The notes under the pieces: generated by a model | The model's database searches: none | Seen by the model: only the letters and a program-made list of their open reading frames with translations | What the model was told of the DNA's origin: nothing | In this document: positions 1 to 10,484 of the stretch, one piece after another | Layout of the letters: each line of letters opens with the position of its first letter | Position numbering within the stretch: the first letter of the stretch is position 1 | Position numbers and translations under genes: made by a program | NCBI GenBank assembly: GCA_017418445.1 | Contig: JAFONM010000046.1 | Coordinates: forward strand, 1 to 49,216 | Direction: 5' to 3' | DNA: 49,216 nt | Source: Kiritimatiellia bacterium | GTDB taxonomy: Bacteria > Verrucomicrobiota > Kiritimatiellia > RFP12 > UBA1067

Positions 1-894
1 CCTTCCGGCGGCGGCGGCATCGTTCCGGTTTCCCTGCTGCGAGGCGGAGTCACCAATTCGGTCGGTTCCGTCGAACTTGCTTCCGGAACGAATTTCTGCG
101 ACTATGCCTTTTCGCCGGGTTCCATTCTGCCTGGCGACAGGCTGATCATCCATTCGGTAACCAACCGATCCGACACGAGAGTCATGCTGGATTCCGTAAG
201 TCTGCTCGTCGGCGGACCCGGCGGCGGCGGAAACGACGTAGTCACGGACTGCACTGCATGGAACATGGCCGGAGACGTGTATTCCAGGGACTTCGGCAAT
301 CTCGCCGGATTAGGCAACAATTCGCCTTTTTCGGCTTTCCTGCTGTTGCTTCCGGAATGGCAGGCGTGTGCGAATTCCGATTCCGTCACCAACGTTAAGG
401 AGAACGCCGGAACGACGCAGTATGGAGGTTTTTACGTGTATGATACCGCTTCGCTCTCGGTCGGGTCGATGGCGACTGAAAGCGCTTCCTTCGCCTACGG
501 ATTCGCGCATTCGAACGGCACCGAGTGGGTCGCGACGAACGTCGCCGTCTCGTTCGACGCGAGGCAGCTGAACAACAAGAATCCGGCGGTAAACACCCTG
601 AGGTTCGAATACCTTGTCACGAACGCGCTCGTTTCAGTCGTTGCGGAAGGGGACTGGCGGACGGTTCCCGAACTCTGCTGGACCATGCCGCTTACCACGG
701 ACAGCGCCTACTCGTTTGCGGAGACGAATCTCGAGGCTTCGATCGATCTCTCTGTGAAGTCCGGCGAGCATGTCCTCTATCGCTGGGTCGATGTCAACGA
801 GCAGGGGCGCGATACCTGCTCCGCGATAGACAACGTCCTATTATCCTATTCCTTCCGCAAGCGTGCCCCCGGTCTTTTCATCTATCTTAGGTGA
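1..894 (+). CDS. hypothetical protein, C-terminal fragment (5' end lies upstream of the window)
   Basis: Frame 1 is open from nt 1 to the TGA at 892-894, so track ORF 184..894 is only the part after an internal ATG. No motif I recognise. Confidence 0.5.
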   Translation, partial: PSGGGGIVPVSLLRGGVTNSVGSVELASGTNFCDYAFSPGSILPGDRLIIHSVTNRSDTRVMLDSVSLLVGGPGGGGNDVVTDCTAWNMAGDVYSRDFGNLAGLGNNSPFSAFLLLLPEWQACANSDSVTNVKENAGTTQYGGFYVYDTASLSVGSMATESASFAYGFAHSNGTEWVATNVAVSFDARQLNNKNPAVNTLRFEYLVTNALVSVVAEGDWRTVPELCWTMPLTTDSAYSFAETNLEASIDLSVKSGEHVLYRWVDVNEQGRDTCSAIDNVLLSYSFRKRAPGLFIYLR

Positions 895-949
895 TTCTGG
901 CGCCTCCCCTGTCAAAGACCGCACTCCCCAACCACCAACCGCCGTTTTT

Positions 950-962
950 TGATATAATATCC
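950..962 (+). promoter_or_regulatory. extended -10 promoter box TGATATAATATCC for the dCMP deaminase/tpiA unit
   Basis: TGnTATAAT match preceded by a T6 run, forming an AT island in GC-rich DNA. The TATAAT (953-958) ends 8 nt before ATG 967 with no Shine-Dalgarno between. Confidence 0.55.
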
Positions 963-966
963 TGAA

Positions 967-1469
967 ATGGCCCGAAAAGTCAAAGACCCGCGTCCCAGCT
1001 GGGATGCCTACTTCATGGAGATCGCGAAAGTGATATCCTCGCGCTCCAACTGCATGCGCCGCCATGTCGCCGCGGTCGTAGTGAAGGACAACCACATCCT
1101 CTCGAGCGGATACAACGGTACGCCGCACGGCGTGAAGAACTGCTTCGCGGGCGGCTGTCCAAGGTGCGGCAGGACGAAGAAGAGCGGGGACCATCTCGAG
1201 GAGTGCCTCTGCGTCCACGCCGAGCAGAACGCCATCTGCCAGGCCGCGCTCTACGGCCACGCCCTGGAGGGCGCGACCATATACATCACGCTCTCGCCAT
1301 GCCTCACCTGCGCGAAGCTCATCATCAACTCCGGCATCAAGGAAGTGGTCTACGACGGCGACTACGCCTTCCTCGACACCGTCAAGAGCATCTTCAGGCA
1401 GGCAGGCGTCAGGCACCGCAAGTACGTTGATCCGAAGAAATCTAAAACTGAAAAAGGAACAAAGACAAA

Positions 1470-1473
<4 letters not shown>
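967..1473 (+). CDS. deoxycytidylate (dCMP) deaminase, ComEB/CDA zinc-dependent family
   Basis: Zinc-binding motifs HAEQNAI and PCLTCAKLI; 168 aa, typical size. Confidence 0.9.
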
Positions 1474-2233
<760 letters not shown>

Positions 2234-2234
<1 letters not shown>

Positions 2235-2911
2235 TGATCTCCGCAAAGACATGCATCCCCGCGTTCGCCGCTCTCGCGGCGCTCGCGGGCTGCTTCCGCG
2301 AGGTTCCGCCCGCGGAGGATTCCGTCCGGCCCGAGACCCGCGTCTGGCTCAAGGACGCGGGTCTCTCGGTCGTCACCGCCAGGGACGTCCACGAGAAGGG
2401 CATGATCTACTTCGGCGAGCAGGGCGGATGGTCCAACCTCTCGTCGAGGGTCTCGAACTTCGATCCGAAGAGCCTCGAATACCTGAATCTCGACTACAAC
2501 GCGATCACCAACGCGGACGCGCTCGCCGAGTTCACCTCTCTCAAGTGGCTCAGGCTCGACAACAACGCCATCTCTTCGCTGCCGGACCTCGGAGGACTCA
2601 AGGATCTCCGTCGGATATACCTCAGGGCCAACAGGCTCACGGCCGTCCCGGAGACGCTCGGAGACCTCCCGTCCCTCGACACGGTGGACCTCTCCTTCAA
2701 CCATGGCATAACCGAGGTCCCCGAATGGTTCGCGAAGAAGGAGGGGCTCTCGCACCTGATACTCTCGAGCACCGGCATCACCAGGCTGCCCGAGGACATC
2801 TCGGCATGGAAGTCGCTTAGGACGCTCCAGATGGGCGGGCTCCACATCGAGTCCACCGAGGAGATGAAGCGCATCAGGGACGCGCTCCCCGACACCGCGG
2901 TCGTGTTCTGA
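2234..2911 (+). CDS. leucine-rich-repeat lipoprotein
   Basis: Signal peptide with lipobox LAALAGC. About 8 LRR units (LxxLxLxxNxIxxLP-type: LNLDYNAIT, LRLDNNAISSLP, LRANRLTAVP, LSSTGITRLP). ATG overlaps the tpiA TGA (TGATG); an in-frame GTG at 2231 is an alternative start. Confidence 0.8.
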
Positions 2912-2932
2912 CGTCTTTACCTTCAGTCTGCG

Positions 2933-4372
2933 ATGCCAGACGGCAGGACTAGATTCGAAGAGCTCGCGTCCGGGAAACTGGGCGCGATTCTCTTCAAGTA
3001 TTCCTGGCCGGCGCTCGTCGCGATGACCCTGAACACGCTCTACGCGGTCGTGGACAGGTTCTGGATCGGGCGTGGATGCGGCGAGGCCGCGATGACGGGG
3101 CTTACTCTCGTCTTTCCGGTCGTCATGCTCTTCGCAGCGTTCGGAATGTTCGTCGGCGCGGGACATTCCGCCGTTCTCTCCATCAAGCTTGGTGAAGGCG
3201 ACCGCGACACCTGCGAGAAGCTGCTCGGCGAGCTCGTCGCGATAAAGCTCCTGTTCTTCTGCGTCCTTCCGCCGCTCGTCTTCTTCAACCTCGACGCTGT
3301 CCTCGCGTGGTGCGGCGGCGACAAGGTCTCGCCAGAGGCGTTCGAGTGCGCGCGGACATATCTGGGACTCGTCGTCTTCTCCCATCTCTTCTCCCATCTC
3401 GCATTCGGACTCTCCGCGCTGATGCGCGCCGAAGGGGCCGCCCTCTCGTCGATGGCATGCATGGTCGTCGGCTTCGGGACGAACCTCGTGCTCGATCCGT
3501 TCTTCATCTTCGACTGCAGTTTCTTCGGACATTCCTTCGGACTCGGACTCGGGGTCGCCGGCGCCGCATGGGCGACAAACGTCGCCATGTTCGCAAGCTG
3601 CGCCTTCGCGCTCTGGCGCTATCTCGCGCGCAAGACCGTCGTCCGCCTGCGCTTCTCGAGGATCCGCCTCTACTGGAACCTCGTGGTCCGCACGAGCGCA
3701 ATCGGCTTCGCGCCGTTCGCGAGCCAGCTCCTCGCCTCGCTCATAAACCTCTCCCTCCAGCTCGCCTTCGCGAAGTGGGCGCCCGACAAGGCGAGCGCGA
3801 CCACCCAGATAGCCTCCCTCGGCGTCTTCGAGGCGGCCCTGATGCTCACGCTCACGCCGGTCATCGGCGCGCAGCTCGGCATACAGCCCATCATAGGCTA
3901 CAACTGGGGAGCCAGGAACTATCGCCGCGTAAGGGACGCGCTCGTCATGGGACTCTGGATCACGACCGCCCTGTGCTTCCTCTCCTTCGTCGTCCAGGTG
4001 ATTCCGCCTTTCCCCGAACTCGTCGCGCGCATCTTCGTGGAAGGGGACAACCCGCGGCTCGTCGAAATCGCCTCCCGCGATCTCGCGCTCTCGAACTGCA
4101 TGATCTGGACGATCGGACTCAACATCGTCGCGACCACGTACTTCCAGGCCATCGGCCATCCCGGGACCGCCATCATCCTCTCCACGATGCGCCAGGGCTT
4201 CATAATGCTTCCGGTCATATGGTTCCTTCCGTATCTGATGGAGGACAAGACGCTCGCCATATGGCTCTCCATGCCTGTGTCTGACGTCCTGTGCTGCCTC
4301 GCGACCCTTCCGCCGTTCCTCCTCAACGTGAGGTTCCTTTCGAGAGTCCGCGAAAGGAGGCGCAGGTCGTGA
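2933..4372 (+). CDS. MATE family efflux transporter (NorM/DinF-like)
   Basis: 479 aa with about 12 hydrophobic segments. The N-terminus FKYSWPALVAMTLNTLYAVVDRFWIGR is typical of MATE proteins. Confidence 0.85.
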   Translation: MPDGRTRFEELASGKLGAILFKYSWPALVAMTLNTLYAVVDRFWIGRGCGEAAMTGLTLVFPVVMLFAAFGMFVGAGHSAVLSIKLGEGDRDTCEKLLGELVAIKLLFFCVLPPLVFFNLDAVLAWCGGDKVSPEAFECARTYLGLVVFSHLFSHLAFGLSALMRAEGAALSSMACMVVGFGTNLVLDPFFIFDCSFFGHSFGLGLGVAGAAWATNVAMFASCAFALWRYLARKTVVRLRFSRIRLYWNLVVRTSAIGFAPFASQLLASLINLSLQLAFAKWAPDKASATTQIASLGVFEAALMLTLTPVIGAQLGIQPIIGYNWGARNYRRVRDALVMGLWITTALCFLSFVVQVIPPFPELVARIFVEGDNPRLVEIASRDLALSNCMIWTIGLNIVATTYFQAIGHPGTAIILSTMRQGFIMLPVIWFLPYLMEDKTLAIWLSMPVSDVLCCLATLPPFLLNVRFLSRVRERRRRS

Positions 4373-5541
4373 ATCGCGTCATCCTCCACGTCGACATGGA
4401 CGCCTTCTTCGCGTCCTGCGAACTGAAGCGCCATCCCGAGTGGCGCGGACGCCCCGTCATCGTAGGCGCGGGTCCTCACGACCGCGGAGTCGTCTCGACC
4501 TGCTCCTACGAGGCGCGCAGGTTCGGCGTCCGTTCGGCGATGCCGTCGCGGACCGCCTACGAGCTGTGCCCGGAGGGAATCTTCACTCCTCCGGACATCG
4601 ACTATTACAAGGATGTCTCGGATGTCGCGTTCCGCGTCTTCTCGCGCTACTCGCCGTGGGTCGAGGGCGTCTCGATCGACGAAGCGTTCCTGGACATCAC
4701 CGGGACGATCCACCTGCACGGATCCGCGGAAAAGCTTGGCGAGCGCCTCCGCGCCGAGATACGCGAAAAGTGCGGAGTCACGTGCTCCGTCGGAATCGCC
4801 CCCAACAGGCTCCTCGCCAAGATCGGGAGCGAGATGAAGAAGCCTGACGGACTCACCATGATGCCTTTCGATCCGAAGGACATCGCCGATTTTCTCGCTC
4901 CGAAGCCGATAGGCATACTCTGGGGCGTCGGCAGGAAGACGGCGGAGCTCCTGAAACCGTACGGCATCGCCACATGCAGGGACCTCCAGCGGCTTCCGGT
5001 CGACCGTCTCGCGGGAATCGTCGGATACTCGCTCGCCGGCTCGCTCCACGACTACGCGTTCGGACGCTCCTCCGATTCCGTCGCTCGCGAGGAGGCGGAG
5101 GAGAAGTCCGTCTCGCGCGAGCATACTTTCGACCGCGACGAAACCGACCGCGCTGCAGTGCGCAGGAAGGTCCTCGAGCTCGTCGCGGAGGTCGGGCGCC
5201 GTTTCCGTCGCGAGGAGCGCTGGGCGAAAACCGCGCGGCTGAAAATACGCGACGCGAATTTCAACACGTTTACGCGCCAGGTTCCGTTCGCCACTCCTTC
5301 GCGCGACGACATAGCCTTCCGCGCCGCGGCGATAGCGCTCTTCAACCGCGTCTGGCCGCAGGACGGCAAGGTCCGCAGGGTCCGCCTCGTCGGATTCGGC
5401 GTCGCGAACTTCCAGTTCCGTCCCGATTCCTCCGCGCCGTCACTCTTCGGCAGCCCGGACGACGACGGACGCGAGCGCAGGGAGCGCCTGTCCGTCGCGA
5501 TCGATTCCCTCCGCGACCGCGGCATGAACGTGCTCGGGTGA
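4369..5541 (+). CDS. dinB: DNA polymerase IV (Y-family)
   Basis: ILHVDMDAFFASCE and SIDEAFLDITG motifs. GTG start at 4369 with AAGGAGG at 4354-4360; GTGA overlap with the MATE stop. The track ORF start 4291 is inside the MATE gene. Confidence 0.92.
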   Translation: MNRVILHVDMDAFFASCELKRHPEWRGRPVIVGAGPHDRGVVSTCSYEARRFGVRSAMPSRTAYELCPEGIFTPPDIDYYKDVSDVAFRVFSRYSPWVEGVSIDEAFLDITGTIHLHGSAEKLGERLRAEIREKCGVTCSVGIAPNRLLAKIGSEMKKPDGLTMMPFDPKDIADFLAPKPIGILWGVGRKTAELLKPYGIATCRDLQRLPVDRLAGIVGYSLAGSLHDYAFGRSSDSVAREEAEEKSVSREHTFDRDETDRAAVRRKVLELVAEVGRRFRREERWAKTARLKIRDANFNTFTRQVPFATPSRDDIAFRAAAIALFNRVWPQDGKVRRVRLVGFGVANFQFRPDSSAPSLFGSPDDDGRERRERLSVAIDSLRDRGMNVLG

Positions 5542-5608
5542 TCGCAGGATGACCGGGTGTCTCGCGGATGCTTTCATTTTCCTGTCGTCCGCTTTCGTGC
5601 TGTCTGCC

Positions 5609-5637
5609 TTGATTTCCCGTCGGACAGATGATAGAAT
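5609..5637 (+). promoter_or_regulatory. sigma-70-type promoter for mnmA (-35 TTGATT, extended -10 TGATAGAAT)
   Basis: TTGATT at 5609-5614, a 17-nt spacer, and TAGAAT at 5632-5637 preceded by TGA. Confidence 0.5.
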
Positions 5638-5653
5638 AACTTTCTAAAATGCG

Positions 5654-6706
5654 ATGATGAAGGTTGCCGTGGGACTTTCCGGGGGTGTCGACTCCAGCGT
5701 CGCCGCGCTTCTCCTGAAGGAGCGCGGGTACGACGTCGTCGGCATAACGATGAAGCTGTGGAGGGGAACCTACAGGGGCGGGACCCGGGACGCGTGCTTC
5801 GGGGCCGGCGAGGCCGAGGACATCGCGACGGCGGAGAGGCTCGCGAAGGATATCGGAATCGAATATCGCGTCTTCGACGTCTCGGAACAGTACGAGAACA
5901 CGGTCGTCAGGTACTTCCGCGAGACGTACCTTTCGGGAAGGACCCCGAATCCCTGCGTCTTCTGCAACGCGACCATGAAGTTCGGACTCCTCCCGCGGCT
6001 CGCGGCGGAGTCCGGAATCGGGTTTGACAGGTTCGCGACGGGACACTATGCGAGGGTGGCGCCGGTCGGCTCCCGTTACGCCATCCTCCGCGCCAGGGAC
6101 CTTGCGAAGGACCAGAGCTATTTTCTCTACCGCCTTTCGCAGGACCAGCTTGCGCGCCAGATATTTCCGCTCGGCGAGTTGACCAAGGCGGAGGTCCGCG
6201 ACATTGCGCGTCGCCGCGGACTCGTCTCCGCCGAGAGGCCGGATTCGCAGGATTTCTATTCCGGCGACGTCAGCGAGCTCATCGGAGCTCCCGAGCGTCC
6301 CGGCGAGATCGTCGACACGTCCGGCAGGGTTCTCGGGCATCACGCCGGATTCTGGCATTTCACGATAGGTCAGCGCAAGGGCCTGGGACTCGGCGGCGGA
6401 ACGGGCGAGCCCTATTTCGTCGTCGATCTCGATGCGTGCAGGAACCGCGTGGTCGTCGGGCGCGCGGGCGAAGCGGTGAGAACATCGCTCCGCGTAACGA
6501 GCATGAACTGGGTCGCGCTCGCGCCGGCCTCGGAGCCGATCCGCTGCCGTGTCAAGGTCCGCTCTGCGGGGAAGCTCGTCCCGGCCACGCTTGAAGGTGA
6601 TGTCGCTGAATTCCCCGACGGGGTGTCCGGCATCGCGCCAGGGCAGAGCGCCGTCTTCTACGGACCTGACTCCGACGAACTGCTCTGCGGCGGAATCATC
6701 GCCTGA
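5654..6706 (+). CDS. mnmA: tRNA 2-thiouridine(34) synthase
   Basis: PP-loop GLSGGVDSSVAA; CNATMKF cysteine motif; 350 aa. Confidence 0.93.
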   Translation: MMKVAVGLSGGVDSSVAALLLKERGYDVVGITMKLWRGTYRGGTRDACFGAGEAEDIATAERLAKDIGIEYRVFDVSEQYENTVVRYFRETYLSGRTPNPCVFCNATMKFGLLPRLAAESGIGFDRFATGHYARVAPVGSRYAILRARDLAKDQSYFLYRLSQDQLARQIFPLGELTKAEVRDIARRRGLVSAERPDSQDFYSGDVSELIGAPERPGEIVDTSGRVLGHHAGFWHFTIGQRKGLGLGGGTGEPYFVVDLDACRNRVVVGRAGEAVRTSLRVTSMNWVALAPASEPIRCRVKVRSAGKLVPATLEGDVAEFPDGVSGIAPGQSAVFYGPDSDELLCGGIIA

Positions 6707-6800
6707 TCGCTCGCCGGGTCCCTTGCGGAATTGAGAATCACCGTGTCAGGAATGTCAATCATCATGGCAATATTTCCCATTGATAGGTCGTGGTGGATAG

Positions 6801-6809
6801 TGCTATAAT
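6801..6809 (+). promoter_or_regulatory. extended -10 box TGCTATAAT for the XylR-like regulator (leaderless geometry)
   Basis: The TATAAT at 6804-6809 ends 6 nt before ATG 6816, with no SD. Confidence 0.5.
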
Positions 6810-6815
6810 TACCGC

Positions 6816-8012
6816 ATGAAGAAAATTGCCCTGACTGTCGAGAGGTCGCGCGCCTATGGCAGGCGTTTCTGCGAAGGCGTTGCCGAGTATGCTCAGACGA
6901 AGGGCGATTGGTCTCTCGAATTCGTCCCGGACGTGAAGGGGGGCGCCACGCACTACGACGGATTCATATTCCGCGTCCTCGACGAGGATTCCGCGCGCCG
7001 TCTCAGGAGTCTGCACAAGCCGGTGGTGGACGTCTTCTTCCGCCAGAACTCGGGCTTCGGCGTGGCGGATGCGGACAACGCGGCGATCTCGCGTCTCGCA
7101 GTCAGCCACTTCCTCACGAGGAAGTTCGTCAACTTCGGCTTCTGCGGATACGACGGCATCCGCTACTCCGACGCGCGCCGCGACGAATTCGTCAGGGAGC
7201 TCGCGAAGTCGGGCTATCCCTGCAGCGTCTACAGGACTCCGCACAGGATACTCGCAAACTTCACCCGCGACGTCATCCTGAACGAATGCGTCGAGGAGAT
7301 TCCGGACGAGGCCGAGCTTGAAAAGTGGCTTCGCGGACTGACCCTGCCTTGCGCGGTCTTCTGCTGCCACGATCTCCGTTCGTACCAGCTTTCGAAGATA
7401 TGTCGCAAGATCGGACTGCGGGTTCCCGAGGACGTCGCGATCCTCGGAGTGGACGACGATACGCTGCTCTGCTCGTTCTCCACGCCCATGCTTTCGTCGA
7501 TCGACCCTGACGCGTTCGGCATCGGATACGAGGCGGCGAGGATTCTCGACAGGATGATGACCTCGTCGACCGCCGCGGCGCATCCGCCGGCATCGTTCCT
7601 TCCGCCCAAGGGCGTCGTCACGCGCGCGTCCTCGGAGATATATCCCGTGGATCCGCCGTGGATCTCCAAGGCGCTCGTATTCATCAGAAAGAACGTCCGC
7701 GACAGGCTGTCCGCCTCCGACGTGTTCGCCCACCTCGGGCTTTCGCACGCCGTCGTGGAGAAGGCCTTCAAGGCGACGCTCGGCACGACCGTGCAGCGCG
7801 AGATAATGAGAAGCCGCCTCGAGGAGGCGTTGCACCTGCTCATAGCGACCCAGGAGCCGGTCGTCAGGGTCGCCTCGCTCGCCGGCTTCGCGTCCGCGCA
7901 GTACTTCTGCCGCAACTTCACATCGGCGTACGGAATGTCGCCGCAGCAATACAGGGAGAAAAAATGCTCGAAGACCTCAAGAAAGACGTCCACCGCGCAA
8001 ACCTCAGACTAG
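6816..8012 (+). CDS. XylR-like transcriptional regulator (periplasmic-binding-protein-like sugar domain plus AraC-type HTH)
   Basis: The C-terminal ASLAGFASAQYFCRNFTSAYGMSPQQYR is an AraC-family HTH. The N-terminal ~270 aa resembles the LacI/PBP sugar-binding fold. Its tail overlaps araD by 49 nt. Confidence 0.85.
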   Translation: MKKIALTVERSRAYGRRFCEGVAEYAQTKGDWSLEFVPDVKGGATHYDGFIFRVLDEDSARRLRSLHKPVVDVFFRQNSGFGVADADNAAISRLAVSHFLTRKFVNFGFCGYDGIRYSDARRDEFVRELAKSGYPCSVYRTPHRILANFTRDVILNECVEEIPDEAELEKWLRGLTLPCAVFCCHDLRSYQLSKICRKIGLRVPEDVAILGVDDDTLLCSFSTPMLSSIDPDAFGIGYEAARILDRMMTSSTAAAHPPASFLPPKGVVTRASSEIYPVDPPWISKALVFIRKNVRDRLSASDVFAHLGLSHAVVEKAFKATLGTTVQREIMRSRLEEALHLLIATQEPVVRVASLAGFASAQYFCRNFTSAYGMSPQQYREKKCSKTSRKTSTAQTSD

Positions 8013-8656
8013 TCGAGTCGGGACTCGTCGTCCTTACGTGGGGCAACGCCTCCGGATTCGATCCGGAGTCCGGCCTCGTCGTCATCAAGCCCAGCGGCGT
8101 CGGCTATGACATCATGAAGCCGTCCGACATGGTCGTCGTAGACCTCGCGACCGGCAGGGTCGTGGAAGGGGATCTCAATCCGTCCTCCGACACGCCCACC
8201 CACCTCGAGTTCTACCGCAACTTCAAGGGAGTCCGCGGTGCGGTGCACACACACTCCATCGAGGCGACCGCCTGGGCGCAGGCCTGCCGCGAGATTCCGT
8301 GCTACGGCACGACGCATGCGGACCAGTTCCACGGATCCGTCCCCGTGACGCGCTTCCTCGCGAAGGAGGAGGTCGAGGAGGCGTACGAGCTCAACACCGG
8401 CAGGGTGATCGTCGAGCTGTTCAGGGACAGGGATCCTCTCGCGCAGCCGGGCGTCCTCGTCGCGGGACACGCGCCGTTCACCTGGGGCGCGAATCCCCAG
8501 AAGGCCGTCGACGGCGCGATTGCGCTCGAGGCGATGGCCAGGATGGCCCGCCTCACGGAGCAGCTCGGGCGCACGGAGCCTCTCCCGGACTACGTCGGCG
8601 AGAAGCACTACATGAGAAAGCATGGTCCGAACGCGTACTACGGACAGAAGAAGTGA
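7964..8656 (+). CDS. araD: L-ribulose-5-phosphate 4-epimerase (class II aldolase/adducin family)
   Basis: LTWGNASG, PSSDTPTHLEFY and VHTHS motifs; 230 aa. The ATG at 7964 lies inside the regulator's 3' end. Confidence 0.9.
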   Translation: MLEDLKKDVHRANLRLVESGLVVLTWGNASGFDPESGLVVIKPSGVGYDIMKPSDMVVVDLATGRVVEGDLNPSSDTPTHLEFYRNFKGVRGAVHTHSIEATAWAQACREIPCYGTTHADQFHGSVPVTRFLAKEEVEEAYELNTGRVIVELFRDRDPLAQPGVLVAGHAPFTWGANPQKAVDGAIALEAMARMARLTEQLGRTEPLPDYVGEKHYMRKHGPNAYYGQKK

Positions 8657-8693
8657 TTGGCGGCTGGTGATCGGCGGTTAGTGCATGTTCACG

Positions 8694-8714
8694 CTGCCGT
8701 CTGCCGGCTGCCGT
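8694..8714. repeat. three tandem heptamers CTGCCGT CTGCCGG CTGCCGT followed by an A7 run
   Basis: Read directly in the araD/kinase intergenic region, immediately 5' of the kinase RBS (AAAGGGGAA). Confidence 0.6.
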
Positions 8715-8736
8715 CAAAAAAAGAAAGGGGAATGAG

Positions 8737-10266
8737 ATGAAGGAGTTCATAGAGAGCGGCAAGGCCGTGATGGGCATTGAGTTCGGCTCGACGCGCATCA
8801 AGGCGGTTCTTGTCGACGACAGGTTCAAGGTGATCGCGCAGGGTTCCCACGACTGGGAGAACTCCCTCGTCGACGGCGTCTGGTCGTATTCCCTGGAGGA
8901 GATCGAATCCGGACTGCGGGACGCGTACGCGAAGTGCGCGGCGGACGCCGAGGCGAAGCATGGCGCGAAGATCAGGAGTCTTGCCGCGCTCGGAATCTCC
9001 GGCATGATGCACGGCTACCTCGCGTTCGACGCGGACGGGAGGCTCCTCGTCCCGTTCCGCACCTGGCGCAACGTGATGACCGGCGAGGCCGCCGCCAGGC
9101 TCTCCGAGATGTTCAGGTTCAACGTCCCGCAGCGCTGGTCGATCTCCCACTACTACCAGGCGATCCTCAGCAGGGAGCCGCACGTTCCGTCCGTCAGGAG
9201 CCTCACGACGCTCGCGGGGTACGTGCACCGCCGCCTGTCGGGCGAGAACGTGCTCGGAGTTGGCGAGGCGAGCGGAATGTTCCCGATAGATCCCGCGACG
9301 TGCGGATACAACGTGCGCATGGCCGAGGCGTTCGACAGGGCGACGGGCGACGACATCGTCGCGAAGCTCCCGAAGGTCGCGCCCGCTGGCGGCGAGGCCG
9401 GGAAGCTCACCGCGGAAGGCGCGGCGTGGCTCGATCCGACCGGGACCCTGCAGGCCGGCGCCGTGATGGCTCCGCCCGAGGGCGACGCCGGAACCGGCAT
9501 GGTCGCGACGAACGCCGTCGCGCCTCGGACGGGCAACGTCTCCGCCGGAACCTCCATCTTCGCGATGGTCGTCCTCGACAGGCCGATGAAGGGCTACTAT
9601 CCCGAGATCGACGTCGTGACGACTCCGACCGGCAGAGAGGTCGCGATGGTGCACTGCAACAACTGCACGAACGAAATCAACGCGTGGGCCGACCTCTTCA
9701 AGGAGGTCTACGTCAAGAGCGAGGGCGGTCCGAACATCTACGGACGCCTCTTCGCGGAATCCCTGAAGGGCGACAAGGACTGCGGCGGAGTCGTGGTCGT
9801 TCCGTTCCTCTCCGGAGAGCCCGTGGCGGGCGTAGACGACGCGATGCTCAAGGTCGTCCGCAGGCCGGAGTCGAAGTTCACGCTCGCGAACTTCTTCAGG
9901 GCGCAGATATATTCCGCGTTCGTCTCGCTGAAGTTCGGCATGGAGATACTTTCCCGCGAAGGGACGGCGATGGAGTCCCTCACCGGACACGGCGGCATCT
10001 TCAAGGACAAGGGCGTCGCGCAGCAGTATCTCGCGGACGCGCTTTCGACTCCGGTCACGTGCCTCGCGACGGCGACCGAGGGCGGACCCTGGGGAATGGC
10101 GGTCCTCGCCGCATACGCCGCGAAGGGACCCGGCGGACGCAGCCTCGAGGACTTCCTCGCGAAGGACGTCTTCGCGGGCGCCGCCTCCGAGACGCTCTAC
10201 CCGACTCCGGACGGCGTCGAGGGCTTCAACCGCTACGCCGCGAACTTCAAGGCGGCGATCGGCTGA
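8737..10266 (+). CDS. FGGY-family carbohydrate kinase (ribulokinase/xylulokinase-like)
   Basis: Actin-like ATPase N-terminus GIEFGSTRIKAVL and GDAGTGMVA; 509 aa; sits next to araD. Confidence 0.85.
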   Translation: MKEFIESGKAVMGIEFGSTRIKAVLVDDRFKVIAQGSHDWENSLVDGVWSYSLEEIESGLRDAYAKCAADAEAKHGAKIRSLAALGISGMMHGYLAFDADGRLLVPFRTWRNVMTGEAAARLSEMFRFNVPQRWSISHYYQAILSREPHVPSVRSLTTLAGYVHRRLSGENVLGVGEASGMFPIDPATCGYNVRMAEAFDRATGDDIVAKLPKVAPAGGEAGKLTAEGAAWLDPTGTLQAGAVMAPPEGDAGTGMVATNAVAPRTGNVSAGTSIFAMVVLDRPMKGYYPEIDVVTTPTGREVAMVHCNNCTNEINAWADLFKEVYVKSEGGPNIYGRLFAESLKGDKDCGGVVVVPFLSGEPVAGVDDAMLKVVRRPESKFTLANFFRAQIYSAFVSLKFGMEILSREGTAMESLTGHGGIFKDKGVAQQYLADALSTPVTCLATATEGGPWGMAVLAAYAAKGPGGRSLEDFLAKDVFAGAASETLYPTPDGVEGFNRYAANFKAAIG

Positions 10267-10449
10267 CCCCTGTTGGCACGACGGCACTATTGCGGGCAAT
10301 GGAAGATGATAATCAGATGACGGTGATGTAGGCATTCTACTGTGGCAGTCAAGTCTGTTTGGCACAAGCCGAGAAATCGGGAGTGTCGCGAAAAAGCATG
10401 TAACCTTTCGCCGCGCTGCGTGTAAACTTTAAAGGGTCCGTCCCGAAAC

Positions 10450-10484
10450 AATCGGTCCTCGGCCTCCGCTGGGGACCGATTTAT
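10450..10484 (+). terminator. putative intrinsic terminator hairpin (14-bp stem including 2 G-U pairs, CUCC loop) followed by UUAU
   Basis: AATCGGTCCTCGGC / GCTGGGGACCGATT pair by hand: 10450-10463 with 10468-10481. The tail is TTAT, running into the pheS promoter box. Confidence 0.45.

Noticed and set aside
8694-8714. Short tandem repeats here and at 49088-49122 as possible CRISPR or minisatellite arrays
   Set aside because: The units are only 7 nt with no spacers, far too short for CRISPR. They are kept as possible regulatory repeats instead.
10299-10331. 10-codon ORF MEDDNQMTVM upstream of pheS as a possible attenuation leader peptide
   Set aside because: It contains no Phe codons, lies upstream of (not downstream of) the pheS promoter box, and has no SD.
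10271-10360. Two TGGCAC motifs that look like sigma-54 -24 elements, interesting because an NtrC-type activator is encoded in the window
   Set aside because: GG-to-GC spacing is wrong in both. After the TGGCAC at 10274 the TTGC comes 10 nt later instead of 5, and after the one at 10350 no TTGC/GC is at the required position. TGGCAC copies inside corA (about 11971) and priA (about 17637) are within coding sequence. They are not called as promoters.
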